Below are positions 14,301 to 46,322 of a stretch of DNA of 64,000 nucleotides, in pieces. The position numbers and the translations under genes were made by a program. The notes under the pieces are model-generated. The model made no database searches, was not told the DNA's origin, and was given only the letters and a program-made list of their open reading frames with translations. The DNA is from Macrostomum lignano (taxonomy: Eukaryota). The stretch lies in NCBI GenBank assembly GCA_002269645.1, contig NIVC01002483.1:64435-128434 (forward strand), given 5' to 3'. Numbering within the stretch: position 1 is the stretch's first letter; the number at the start of each line of letters is the position of its first letter.

Positions 14301-14805
14301 CGCACATTTCAACGTGCGACCATTTGCACCAGGCGCCGTCCAGTGGGCAAGGCGTCGAACGCCGGCAAGTGACCCGCTTCATGTCAAATCCTGAGCAGGG
14401 AATGCCGCCGCCTGCTGGAGTTGGATTGTTGCAGCTGCGTCTGACCTGCATCGATTGGGGAGAATAATGGACTGAATACAGGATTGTGGGAGTAGTGGGG
14501 TGCTGAATCCGGTAGCTACCTCTCTATGGCCGAGACCGCAGGTGACTGAACATTCGGACGGGGCGCCCCACTCGCTCCAGCCGCCGTTGATCTTCGGGCA
14601 ATGCAGACCGACATTGCATACGGTGGCCCGGACGCCGATAGGCCGGCCCTGGCGGCGAAGCTTCGCCAGAACCCGGCGGTCCCGGCAGGAGCCGCGCTCG
14701 GCTGCCGGGTTCTTATGGGAGGAGAGGCCGGCGCAGTGGCGGCGCTGGCTGCGCTGGCGGGCGCCGCACTCGCCTGCGGTTGATTTGGGTTGAGCAAGAG
14801 TAAAG

Positions 14806-14858
<53 letters not shown>

Positions 14859-14941
14859 CATCAATCAATCAATCAATCAATCAACCAACCAACCAACCAA
14901 CCAACCAACCAACCAACCAACCAACCAACCAACCAACCAAC

Positions 14942-14974
<33 letters not shown>

Positions 14975-15005
14975 CATCAATAAACTAATCAACCAATCAA
15001 CCAAC

Positions 15006-15058
<53 letters not shown>

Positions 15059-15129
15059 CATCAATCAATCAATCAATCAATCAACCAACCAACCAACCAA
15101 CCAACCAACCAACCAACCAACCAACCAAC

Positions 15130-15166
<37 letters not shown>

Positions 15167-15205
15167 CATCAATAAACTAATCAACCAATCAACCAACCAA
15201 CCAAC

Positions 15206-15242
<37 letters not shown>

Positions 15243-15273
15243 CATCAATAAACTAATCAACCAATCAACCAAC

Positions 15274-15366
<93 letters not shown>

Positions 15367-15503
15367 CATCAATCAATCAATCAATCAATCAACCAACCAA
15401 CCAACCAACCAACCAACCAACCAACCAACCAACCAACCAACCAACCAACCAACCAATAAATAAATAAATCAATCAAGCAATCAAGCAATCAATCAACCAA
15501 CCC

Positions 15504-15563
<60 letters not shown>

Positions 15564-15996
15564 ATCAATCAAATGCCGAATCAATCCAAAATTCAATATC
15601 GAACTAGCAATCATTCGTGGAAGCAATCAATTAATGCTATCAAATCAATAAAATTGGCTTACCCGGCTGGCACTCAGAGAATGCCGACCACTCAGTCCAC
15701 CAGGGCCGGCATAGCGCCTTCTGGTAGGTGGCCTTGCAGTCTGCTCTTTCAACAGTTGGCGAGCAAGAATTGCCGGAGTTGCACTGGTCGAAGCTGACGC
15801 TCTCCCTGCAGCTGTAGCGGTAGGCCTTGACCCCGGGCGCGCAGTGGCCCGTGTGCCCGGATTCGGGGCAGCGCCACCACTTAGTTGGCAGGCAGGCCTC
15901 AACTGAGCTGGCCGGCTTGGACCAGAAGCTCAATAATAAATTTATGTTTATGAGAAGTTGTATAATGTAGGACTTTGTGCTTGAAGGAAGATACAT
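5318..15996 (-). CDS. Type I membrane protein: signal peptide, Cys-rich N-terminus, 3x thrombospondin type-1 repeats, 2x Ig-like domains, TM, short basic tail (645 aa)
   Basis: Exons 15996-15663, 14773-14520, 14445-13954, 7094-6814 and 5894-5318 total 1938 nt, in frame, all GT-AG. TSP1 motifs [53 protein letters not shown]. Ig motifs LYLSC...YFWTKD...DAGLYQL and FNLTC...IHW...[27 protein letters not shown]. Confidence 0.85.
5990..6782. repeat. CT-rich minisatellite (24-bp CTCTCTGCCTCTATCTGTTCCCTG-like, changing to a 23-bp unit)
   Basis: Direct inspection; fills intron 4 of the TSP-Ig gene. Confidence 0.95.
7179..13913. repeat. 14-bp satellite (AGCTACCAACCCTC)n, about 480 copies, with higher-order duplication
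   Basis: Uninterrupted 14-bp register over 6.7 kb; fills intron 3 (7095-13953) of the TSP-Ig gene. Confidence 0.99.
14806..15572. repeat. Compound (AATC)n/(AACC)n microsatellite
   Basis: Direct inspection; intron 1 of the TSP-Ig gene. Confidence 0.97.
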
Positions 15997-16932
15997 GTTG
16001 GGCAGTTAAACTTTAAAATCTGAATATTAATTGTCATATTTTTTACCGGCGTTCTATTTTCGTTGTGGTCAGCCCACTTTCTGTCATAGATAGAAACAAC
16101 TATATTATATAGATTCAGTTTTTAGCTGCTGGACTTCTAAAAAACATCTGGATTGAAAGTACAAATGTTATTTTGTTCGAAAATCGACTGAATTTGGGGC
16201 TTCCAATCTGTTACATTATGAAGTCCGTAAACGCTTGCTATTACTGATAAGTAGGTTGAAACGAATCTGATTTTTTTATTTAAGCTACCGATGAAATAAA
16301 TAGAGATAAGATTGCAACTGAGAAATTGATATATTGATAAACTGAGAAAATAGGGGATTCTAAAATGGGGCATTGTTATATTGTGAAGAGGCTCTCTGGA
16401 AGAGAGGATTAAGATCTGCGACCGGGTATAGCTGGGGATATTTTGAAGCTTTATAAAAACAAGGCCCTTGTGGTTCTAGTTGGGCAATTTCCTTAATTGA
16501 AAATAAGCGCAAACAGATTATTTTTAGGCTCCAGGATGGTCTTCGGTGTTTTTGATGCGTTTTTGTCATAGTTTTATTTGATATGGTTATTTTTAATTGC
16601 TTGGCGATGCCGTCTCTGACTGTGGTATGTATCCAACCTTAAGCAGATGCTGCTCCATATCTTTTTTTCAGAAAGGAAAATTCGAAGGCAAGAAGGCTGT
16701 AATTTCCGGGCAATTTTGTGATTTTCTGTGAGCTGGATTTTCTTCTTTCCATAAAAAATTGCAGCTGTGAGCATCTAGACTGATCGGATTTCACTTCCTC
16801 CGTTTGGTTTTTACGCATTTCTTGGCCTATCTAAGTCTGCCTGTCTGCCTGTATGGCAGTAATTTTTTAGTCTTTAAAAATCAAGCAGACACTTTGGTGG
16901 AAATAATGTTATAAATACGAAGTATAAAGCAC

Positions 16933-17965
16933 CAGTGGCGTAGTCAGGAATTTCAATTGGGGGGGGGGGGCGGGTTGGCATGACTGGCCATGCTTTATGC
17001 CATTGCCACTTTTGGCACTCATTTTGGCGCCGCGGCCACAGGCACTCAATTGCCTCATGTAGGGATGCCAACCAGTTTTAAAACCGGTTTTTAGCAGGAA
17101 AACCGGTTTTTTTGTCCGGTTTTTTGACGGTTTTTAATGGGTTTTTAATTTTAATTATGCCTCACAATTTTTGCACTTTGGAGAAAACAATAACTGCTAA
17201 CATAATTTTTCTAAATCGTTACTTTGTAACTTCATAATCGTAAATCGTATTCGTAAGTAATCATAGATTCGTAATGATTCGTAATCGTAATCGTTAATCG
17301 AACCAAGAATAGTTTGTTTTCATTTTTCTAAGAAAGGTCAATGATTACAAATTTACAAATTTACAATGAATCAATGTCAATAGTCAATGAACATTGATTG
17401 ATTCATGAATCTTGATGATTGTATTATGTTTGTTTGTGTATTGTGTACAGTAAATGTATGCATCAATGCATATATACACTGTGTAATTTATCATCATTAT
17501 ATCATTATCGTTTCATTCATAATTTCATACACTTATTACTACAGATTACTATTTTGATTGACTTGAGCCTTAAGGCAATATGTGATATGAGTCTGTGACG
17601 ACAACCCCATAAAGTCGCGGCATGCATGCATCACAATCACAAGTTCACAAACAAGTGAATCGTTTTAAGTTTAAACTTTAAAATGTTCGCACAATCTTGT
17701 TATTCACAATTCACAAAACATCGTTATCGTTATCATTATCGAATTCACGATTGTATATAAGTTCTATGCTTATTTAGTGCTTTTTAAAAACTTTAAAAAC
17801 CGGTTTTCTTATAAAAGGAGGTTTTCAAACCGGTTAACCGGTTCTCAAAATGCCGGTTTTTGGCATCTCTAGCCTCATGGTTTTTGGTACCCGCCGCGCC
17901 CAACCCCACCCCTAGGCGATTGGGGGGGGGCCGCGGCCCCCCCGGCCCCCCTGGCTACGCCACTG
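16933..17965. mobile_element. hAT-type MITE (outer, about 213 bp without its insertion)
   Basis: TIR CAGTGGCGTAG(T/C)CAGG at both ends; perfect 8-bp TSD TAAAGCAC at 16925-16932 and 17966-17973. Confidence 0.92.
17060..17871. mobile_element. Ac-like non-autonomous hAT element (812 bp) nested in the outer MITE
   Basis: TIR TAGGGATGCCA / TAGAGATGCCA; perfect 8-bp TSD GCCTCATG at 17052-17059 and 17872-17879; clustered subterminal AAACCGGTT motifs at both ends; no transposase ORF. Confidence 0.92.
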
Positions 17966-19299
17966 TAAAGCACACCTTTAAATTGCTGATTTTTGTAAAG
18001 CGAGGAAAGGAAAAGGGATAGGGATTCGCTGGGCAATTAAAAGTGAGTTAGACGTAAGGGAATTATTATGGACTGTAAACAGTGTGGGGTAGGAAAGTGG
18101 CGTGGATAGCTGGGTTTGGTTAGCCGGCCTGCGAGAAAATCGATAGACTTCACTTAACTCGGCCAACAGGGCTGCAAATTGGTGGCAATGAATTAAGTGA
18201 TCTACTGGGGTAAGAAAAGTGGGGTGGGTAGCTGGGTGGGGTTGGCCGGCCAGCGAGAAAATCGATAGACTTCACTTACTTAAACAAACACGCGGCCAAG
18301 CCAGAGTTAAAATGATCTGGGGTTGGGGGTTAGAAAAGTGGGTGGTGTTGACTAGCTAGAAAATCGATTAGTTTCCCTCACCCAACCCCGTCAGGCGATT
18401 GGCGAGGAAGGTTGTAAGAAAACAGCAAAATAAGGTTGTTTCGGTTAAATAAATAGCGAGAAGAATGCGAATCATAAAAGTAAATAGGTTTCGCCCATCT
18501 CCAGAAATGATAAAAAACAAAAGTACAAGCGAGTTTAATTGATTGTGTCAATTTAATTGTGTCAGTTCTAGGACGTACAGAGTTAGTCTCGGTCAACAAC
18601 ATTCAGCCACAGTTAAGTTTATTAGTTAATTTTTACACAACGGCGGGAGTCACAAATTAAAATCTAATATTGATACTTCTAATATGTTGTACGTTCATGC
18701 GATTAAAGTTATCTATGTAGTTTGCATACGAGTATTTGAAGTAAAAATAGTATATGTATATCAACTATACAACGCAGCAGATCTATCGAATAATAGCTGC
18801 TTTACTTGCAAGCTCAGTCCAAGAAAGCAGTCAAATCTTAGAAACTTCCCAACACATTACTGAACTGCAATTTGCAATATTTGGGATCTTGAAATTTCGG
18901 ACACAAAAGCAAATAAGTAGGTATATATTTTTATCACTATTTGTTGCAACCTTTACTGTACTAATACCAGAGAGAATCAGAAAAAAACAAAATAATGAAT
19001 AATATGTCTGCTTAAGCATCGGAAACTCCACAAGACAACGCGGGACGTGACAAGAGATCATGCAAATTTCAAAACGCAAAGGATGGGCGCAAGTCAGTGG
19101 TACAGGTACTCTGTACAGTGGATATGAGAAATAAGCTACATGAGATCGATGGTCTGTAGTGCATCTTTTGGGCAAATGTTTTTGGTGCTTTTTGGCCAAT
19201 ATAATTAAGTTCGCTGCTTAGCTGCTTTGGCCTATCTCTAGATTGGCCCACTCGCAATAGATCAGTATGTCAGCCGAAGCTCGGTTAGCGTGTCCACAG

Positions 19300-19753
19300 G
19301 TCAGCATGTCCAACCCAGCTAGATCAGCATGTCCACCCCAGCTAGATCGGCATGTCCATCCCAGCTAGATCGGCATGTCCACCCCAGCTAGATCGGCATG
19401 TCCACCCCAGCTAGATCGGCATGTCCACCCCAGCTAGATCGGCATGTCCACCCCAGCTAGATCGGCATGTCCACCCCAGCTAGATCGGCATGTCCACCCC
19501 AGCTAGATCGGCATGTCCACCCCAGCTAGATCGGCATGTCCACCCAGCTAGATCGGCATGTCCACCCCAGCTAGATCAGCATGTCCACCCCAGCTAGATC
19601 GGCATGTCCACCCCAGCTAGATCGGCATGTCCACCCCAGCTAGATCGGCATGTCCACCCAGCTAGATCGGCATGTCCACCCCAGCTAGATCAGCATGTCC
19701 ACCCCAGCTAGATCGGCATGTCCACCCCAGCTAGATCGGCATGTCCACCCCAG

Positions 19754-19760
<7 letters not shown>
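19300..19760. repeat. 23-bp minisatellite (CCCCAGCTAGATCGGCATGTCCA)n, about 20 copies
   Basis: Direct inspection; overlaps the stop codon of the EVA-like gene. Confidence 0.97.
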
Positions 19761-38690
<18,930 letters not shown>

Positions 38691-39109
38691 AGTTGATCCG
38701 TGAAGGAGACTGACAAGAAATGCTTTGCAGTGTGTTCCAACTAGCAGCATGCAAAACTGTTCTGTAGCACTTGGCTTGTTTTTCTATATGGCCTTTCCTA
38801 TAGAGCGGAGGCGAGTGACGGCTAGCTGCGATTGGCCCAGGCAGTCGGCAGCGAATAACGCAAGGCTAATTGAGAACTGCTAAATCATTTTGCGCTTGTG
38901 CAGTCTGCCTGCTCAGTGCTGCAATAGCTGCGCTTGATAGGGGCGCTTGGTTAGCTGATGTTGCACGTCAGTTTTGGTCGAAATATGAGCATCTATATAG
39001 ATATAGTCAGACAGATTGATACAGGAAGGTGAGAAAACATGCAATGATAAACTAAAATGCTGCTGCAGATACAGGGATAATGACAGACGGATACAAAAAC
39101 AGACGAAAG

Positions 39110-40455
39110 TCAGAAAGACAGACATGGGCAGACACAGACAGACACAAACAGACTCATAGACTGGCAGGCAGACTTAAATTCTTACACCAAGACAGACAGA
39201 CACACAGAGACTCACACAGACACACACAGACTCACACAGACACAAACAGACTCAAACAGACTCACTCAGACTCACACAGACTCAAACAGACTCACACAGA
39301 CTCAAACAGACTCACGCAGACTCACACAGACTCACTCACACAGACACACACAGACTCACACAGACACACACAGACAGACACACAGAGACACACAGGCACA
39401 AACAGACACACACAGACAGACACACAGAGACAGACGGGCACACACAAGCACAGACAGACAGACAGACACAGACACACACAGACAGACACAGACACATACA
39501 GACAGACACAGGCACACACAGACAGACACACGCACACACAGACAGACACAGGCACACACAGACAGACACACGCACACACAGGCAGACACAGGCACACACA
39601 GACAGACACAGGCACACACAGGCAGACACAGGCACACACAGACAGACACACGCACACACAGGCAGACACAGGCACACACAGACAGACACAGGCACACACA
39701 GACAGACACACGCACACACAGACAGACACAGGCACACACAGACAGACACACGCACACACAGGCAGACACAGGCACACACAGACAGACACAGGCACACACA
39801 GACAGACAGACACAGACAGACACAGGCACACACAGATAGACACACGCACACACAGGCAGACACAGGCACACACAGACAGACACACGCACACACAGGCAGA
39901 CACAGGCACACACAGACAGACACAGGCACACACAGGCAGACACAGGCACACACAGACAGACACACGCACACACAGGCAGACACAGGCACACACAGACAGA
40001 CACACGCACACACAGGCAGACACAGGCACACACAGACAGACACAGGCACACACAGGCAGACACAGGCACACACAGACAGACACACGCACACACAGGCAGA
40101 CACAGGCACACACAGACAGACACAGGCACACACAGACAGACAGACACAGACAGACACAGGCACACACAGATAGACAGACACAGACACACACACAGATAGA
40201 CAGACACAGACACACAAACAGATAGACACAGACAGACACAGATAGACACAGGCACACACAGATAGACAGACACAGACACACACACAGATAGACACAGGCA
40301 CACACATGCAGACAGACAGACACAGACAGACACAGATAGCTATATACATAGACACAGACAGGCACACATAGACACACACAAAGACACACACACAGACAGA
40401 CAGGCACAGACAGACACAGACAGACACAGATAGGCATAGACACAGAACAGACACA
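39110..40455. repeat. AC/ACAG/GGCAC compound low-complexity repeat
   Basis: Direct inspection. Confidence 0.93.
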
Positions 40456-41369
40456 CGGCCCGCAGCCCCAAGACAGCAGCAGTGCACTCAGCAGGTCCAG
40501 TTGCTTGACGAGGCGGCAGACCAGCTCAATGCCGGCATCAAGAATATCCTTGCAGAGCACAGTGCTGACGAGTCGCGGACAGCCGCAGAACATCGGAATT
40601 CAATCAGTCACTACCCAAGAGTTCAATAATTCATCGGCAGGGGAGACACGACAGCGACTCGACCCCGACCAGCTGTATAGGAGGGGCCTCTAGGAGCAGA
40701 AATTGTTTCTGGGGTCACGTAAGTTTTCCAGATCGCTGTGGATTAAACCCATACGAATAAAGGTTAGCCGTAGCTCGAATTTTAATGCAGGTTATTCCAT
40801 CAGTTCGAAGCAATATATCAAGTCAAGTTGGCTTGGTGCTAAAGGCTGTAATATCATATGCATGTGTGCTTATTGATCTTCCATAGATTTTATAACACGA
40901 CACGTACATTAAATAACGAAGCATCTAGTACTTATAGTAGTTTACCCATTAAACACCAACCATACTACATGAACTGCCGGCTCTTGTACACTTCAGTTTG
41001 TTTTTTATCTTTTCGCCTCAAAATAATGCCTTCGTGCTGGACCGTCTGTCGATCCTAAGCCGCAGTGCGAAGAGCAGACAAATTTATGATTAACAAATCC
41101 TTGCAATGCCTTCAAAAAGCAGAGAGCAGTCCAGAGATTTCCCCACAAAGAATAAGCTGTTTAACTTTCCTTTCTCTCAAGTCAATCTCTATTCTCGTAT
41201 TTTTGCGCTCGCAAGTCGTTCTTTCTCGAATTGATTTCGACGCTTCATATGAATTGTATACATAATACGCTCGTGTATATTGACGAATAAATGACTACAA
41301 TGGGAAATCACTCTACGGGGTGCAAAAAGAGGGCAATTTCAAACCAATGAGAAAGAGAAAGGGAGAAGG

Positions 41370-42070
41370 GAGCGGAAGAAAAACACTGGGGGAGGAGGAG
41401 GGAACGGAAGAGAAACACTGGGTGGAGGAGGAGGGAGCGGAAGAGAAACACTGGGTGGAGAAGGAGTTAGCGGAAGAGAAACACTGGGTGGAGGAGGAGG
41501 GAGCGGAAGAGAAACACTGGGTGGAGGAGGAGGGAGTGGAAGAGAAACACTGGGGGAGGAAGAGGGAGCGGAAGAGAAACACTGGGGAGGAGGAAGAGGG
41601 AGCGGAAGAGAAACACTGGGGGAGGAAGAGGGAGCGGAAGAGAAACACTGGGGGAGGAAGAGGGAGCGGAAGAGAAACACTGGGGAGGAGGAGGAGGGAG
41701 CGGAAGAGAAACACTGGGGAGGAGGAAGAGGGAGCGGAAGAGAAACACTGGGGGAGGAAGAGGGAGCGGAAGAGAAACACTGGGGGAGGAAGAGGGAGCG
41801 GAAGAGAAAAACTGGGTGGAGGAGAAGGGAGCGGAAGAGAAACACTGGGTGGAGGAGGAGGGAGCGGAAGAGAAACACTCGGGAGGAGGAAGAGGGAGCG
41901 GAAGAGAAACACTGGGGGAGGAAGAGGGAGCGGAAGAGAAACACTGGGGGAGGAAGAGGGAGCGGAAGAGAAAAACTGGGTGGAGGAGAAGGGAGCGGAA
42001 GAGAAACACTGGGTGGAGGAGGAGGGAGCGGAAGAGAAAAACTGGGTGGAGGAGGGAGCGGAAGAAAAAC
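41370..42070. repeat. 32-33-bp purine-rich minisatellite (GAGGGAGCGGAAGAGAAACACTGGG...)
   Basis: Direct inspection. Confidence 0.93.
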
Positions 42071-42869
42071 ACTTGGGTGCTAAGAGAGTGGAAACTGAGG
42101 GAGGAGCATGCGAAAGTGAAAGATCTATTGAAAGCGGTAAGGCTGACAGACAGAGTGGGACATGATTTTTGCTCCCCAAACATTCGATACAGCCCCAGCT
42201 AAACAGCCAGCCAAGTTTTCAAAAGCAATTCAATTCAACGCATTTCCGTACTGACGTGTCGTCTCATCTGTAAGCTTGTCTGAAAACTCTGAGTTACACT
42301 CTCTGGCACGGCATGCATATATTTTGTGACTGCAGAAAATTGCAATTGCTCAACATTTGCTAATTATAGAAATTCTGTGGCTAGCGTACCCCATAGTATT
42401 CGGGTTTCTGACCGATTACGTAATCAGAGTTCCCGGTCGAATGAGCCAGCCTAAACATGTAACTCAGCTCTATAGCGCCTTCCTGCCCGCCCGTCGCGGT
42501 CCAGTGAATGCTGACAAAAACGCTGCAATGGTAAACATCAAGAGTCAAGACTTGCTCGCGGGCACAACGAGATCTCGGAGAGACCAATCGCTCCAGGCAA
42601 TAATTGAGTCACGCAAATGACTGACTGTTGCATTCGACTTAACATATGAGAGCGCGACAATTGGTTAATCTGTCTGCATGACTCGCCAGTTCGGATCAAG
42701 CACACGTATCATTACTCTACTCATAAATTAGTAGTACACGAATTTTGTGCTTTCTTTAGAGTGTGCAGAATTTCAATCAGTTCCACGAATGTTGGCGTGT
42801 CAGTGGTACGAAAGCATAGCTTGTGTGTGAAAGTGTTTTGATTCTTTTGAACATAGACAAATGAATTCT

Positions 42870-43185
42870 AAGGCTAGTATCGTAGTCACCGTCGTAGGTC
42901 GGGGGTTCGATTCTCTATCCCATCTGAACAATTTTTCCTTGAGCAAGACACTTGACTCTGCATTGCTTCAGTTCAGCCAGCTGTAAAATGGGTGCCAGCA
43001 TTAGCTGGGGTAATTGAGGCTGTGTGTGGCGACCCCCCAGTCCTTGGACTGAACAGCCGTACTCAGCCTTCAGATGCGCCGCGCGATAGCTGCGGCTGAG
43101 CTGTCGGTTGCACATCTGTAGTATTAGGGCAGGTGTAATCAGTTATTACCTGTAAAATTTTAGCGAACGAATAAAAACAACAAAA
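42870..43185 (+). mobile_element. tRNA-derived SINE with a CORE-like central domain
   Basis: B-box GGTTCGATTC at 42904-42913; CCTTGAGCAAGACACTTGACTCTGCATTGCTTCAGTTCAGCCAGCTGTAAAATGGG (42937-42992) resembles the MIR/CORE consensus as I recall it; A-rich 3' end. The 5' boundary is uncertain. Confidence 0.65.
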
Positions 43186-43779
43186 AGTCTGCACTAAAAG
43201 TTGCAAATGATGTTAATAAATATACAAACAGGTCAAGTTACAGAGGGGCCTACAGGTGTCTGCTAGACACAATCATAGCATTTATTTAGCAAAGAGAACA
43301 CTAACGCTGACAGCTTTATATTTGAAAGAGTGTCATAGAACGGTAAATCTGTTTTTCTTACTTACTTAAGAGTACAAGCGAATTGTAACAGCAGGCACAA
43401 CGCAAAACGATCATTATATAAATGTATACTCTCATCTAACTTAGTCATTTATAATGCGTCATATTCAGTTGAGGAAAAATATAAGGGAATGAAACAATAG
43501 GATAAAAAATAAAAAACACAGGGCTTGCAAATTCAATGCATGCAATCTTGCGTCCTGGCGTGCCCCTACAGTTATATTGTGTAATTAGCGCAAACAAACA
43601 GGGGCGCGAAAGTAAGGAGCAAGGAAAGTGACGTTTTTAGGTGCGCAGAAGAAAACCGCGGGAAATTTAAATTATTCAACTAGCTAGCTATTAAAGCAAT
43701 ATCGCAACTATTAATGTTTTGCTTCACACTATAGTGACCAGGCAGGCAGAATGACTAAAAAATAGGTAAAGTTCTTAAA

Positions 43780-43990
43780 GGGTAGGAGATGGGGTGGGGT
43801 GTTGAAGGGTAGGAAGGGGTGGGGTTTGAGGGGTAGGAAATGGGGTGGGTGTTTGAGGGGTAGGAAATGGGTGGGGTGTTGAGGGGTAGGAAATGGGTGG
43901 GGTTTGAGGGGTAGGAAATGGGGTGGGTGTTTGAGGGGTGAAAGATGGGGTGGAGGTTTGATGGGTAGGAAATGGGATGGTTGTTGAGTA
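43780..43990. repeat. G-rich degenerate repeat (GGGGTGGGTGTTTGAGGGGTAGGAAAT-like)
   Basis: Direct inspection. Confidence 0.75.
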
Positions 43991-44449
43991 GGAAATGAGG
44001 TGGTGTTAAGGAGAATATTGATCTGAGCACTAAGATGTGAGATTAGACTGTGCACAGATGATTTAAATAAAATCATGTTAATTAAATGAATTCTTACAAA
44101 AAGTTCAATCATTTCATTTGGATTCAAATACTAAACTGGGGCGATGAAACGAAACGAACGATAAGGTGCCAGGCACTCAATAGTAAACAAGCAGTGAGAT
44201 TCCAAAGAAATTAATTTGGATGCCAACAAGGCTCTGGGTGTAGCAATTATCAGAATAACAACAGCATAGCTTGGAAAAGTCATAGCGCCTTATTAATTTC
44301 TAAAGCATTGTACAGGCATAGTGGGAATTTATTAAAGCTTGTGTCGATTTTAAACCAGGGGTTGGCAAACTTTTTTATCTTAGGGTTAGATAAAGAATCC
44401 AGCGCATGGCTGAGGGCTAGACGAGACGGGAAAGGAGGGGGAATGGAGG

Positions 44450-44910
44450 AGAGGGGCAGATCGGAGATGGGTGGGTGCAAGGGGGCAGAGCGGAGATGGG
44501 GTGGGTGCAAAGGGGCACAGCGGAGATGGGGTGGGTGCAAGGGGGCAGAGCGAAGAGATGGGGTGGGTGCAAGGGGGCAGAGCGAAGAGATGGGGTGGGT
44601 GCAGAGGGGCAGAGCGGAGATGGGCTGGGTGCAGAGCGGAGATGGGGTGGGTGCAGAGGGGCAGAGCGGAGATGGGGTGGGTGCAGAGGGGCAGAGCGGA
44701 GATGGGCTGGGTGCAGAGGGGCAGAGCGGAGATGGGCTGGGTGCAGAGCGGAGATGGGGTGGGTGCAGAGGGGCAGAGCGGAGATGGGGTGGGTGCAGAG
44801 GGGCAGAGCGGAGATGGGCTGGGAGCAGAGGGGCAGAGCGGAGATGGGGTGGGTGCAGAGGGGCAGAGCGGTGATGGGCCGGGTGCAGAGCGGAGATGGG
44901 GTGGGTGCAG
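44450..44910. repeat. 30-bp G-rich minisatellite (GGGGTGGGTGCAGAGGGGCAGAGCGGAGAT)
   Basis: Direct inspection; related copies at about 46990-47120. Confidence 0.93.
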
Positions 44911-45639
44911 ATCGACAGAGAGTAGGAAATGCATTGAGAAGAGATAAAAAAGAGAGGAGAGAGGACAGAGAAGAAAGCTGAAACAGACACAAACCTTGAG
45001 CAGTCCGGAGACTGCCGACCCATGAATTACACTATGCAGCATGTTAGCATTGAGTGTGTTGTTAACTCGTGTAAATATGGGCTTAGAGTACAAGTATATA
45101 TTTTAAAAAACACAAAAAAGCAAAAGAAGTGCACACTCAAACAGAGACTAAGTTACACGGGCATGTAACTGTACAAGGCTACGGAAACAAGCAACACGGA
45201 ACAAACTAGGTCATGTGCGGGCGAATCGCTGATATCCTGTTAATCTATTACACAATAACACACTAGTGCGGCACTCGCATATATCGAAGGTGGCAATAAG
45301 CAGACAAAGAGAAACCGTTATTGCAATTCAATTTCAATAATATGAATAGGCATTATTGCAAAAGCTGGTGCAGCACAGGGGGGGGGTGGTGGGCGGCAAT
45401 CTATTCGTATCAGTTTCAAGTTAGGTTCCATTCTGTGTTGAAACAAAACCAGTACGCACGTAGGAACCGGTTGTGCAGCCAAAGCGGCTAGCATTAACGC
45501 AAATATTGATAGCCAGTTCATTGCCTAGCTCAATTAGCATGTAATAAGGAAAGTACATGCGGTACTAACAAATAGTATCCGTGTTTTTAAAATAATAGAA
45601 AAGAGATTTGTAGGTTACTGGAGGGATAGTAGATGGGGC

Positions 45640-46200
45640 GAAGGGGCTGACTGGAGGAGGTGGGGTGGGCGCGAAGGGGCAGATTGGAGGAGGTGGGGTG
45701 GGCGCGAAGGGGCAGATTGGAGGAGGTGGGGTGGGCGCGAAGGGGCAGACTGGAGGTGGGGTGGGCGCAGTGGGGCAGACTGGAGGAGGTGGGGTGGGCG
45801 CAAAGGGGCAGACTGGAGGAGGTGGGGTGGGCGCGAAGGGGCAGATTGGAGGAGGTGGGGTGGGCGCGAAGGGGCAGACTGGAGGTGGGGTGGGCGCAGT
45901 GGGGCAGACTGGAGGAGGTGGGGTGGGCGCGAAGGGGCAGACTGGAGGAGATGGGGTGGGCGCAGTGGGGCAGACTGGAGGAGGTGGGGTGGGCGCGAAG
46001 GGGCAGACTGGAGGAGGTGGGGTGGGCGCGAAGGGGCAGACTGGAGGAGGTGGGGTGGGCGCAGTGGGGCAGACTGGAGCAGGTGGGGTGGGCGCAGTGG
46101 GGCAGACTGGAGCAGGTGGGGTGGGCGCGAAGGGGCAGACTGGAGGAGGTGGGGTGGGCGCGAAGGGGCAGACTGAAGGAGGTGGGGTGGGCGCAGTAAG
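45640..46200. repeat. 33-bp G-rich minisatellite (GGAGGAGGTGGGGTGGGCGCGAAGGGGCAGACT)
   Basis: Direct inspection; about 120 nt downstream of the CK1-gamma stop codon. Confidence 0.95.
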
Positions 46201-46322
46201 GCAGAGCGGAGGTGGGGCAGAGGGCAGATGTGAGGTGGATTTGCAGCATAGAAGAGCTGAGCATCTGTCGGCAGAGTAGGATGTGGCAGCTAGATTTAGT
46301 CCAAATCAGAGGCATTGGATTA

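Noticed and set aside
18060-18370. Two or three diverged 80-130-bp direct repeats as a functional element
   Set aside because: It looks like a small local duplication with no ORF, termini or RNA-gene motifs.
40440-40593. Minus-strand [34 protein letters not shown]... as a saposin-like exon
   Set aside because: It has an in-frame stop just upstream, no good donor, and runs into the repeat; it is probably the antisense shadow of the plus-strand frame.
40563-40600. Hammerhead ribozyme core (CTGACGA...stem...GAAC)
   Set aside because: It lacks the conserved GAAA and a properly closed stem II.
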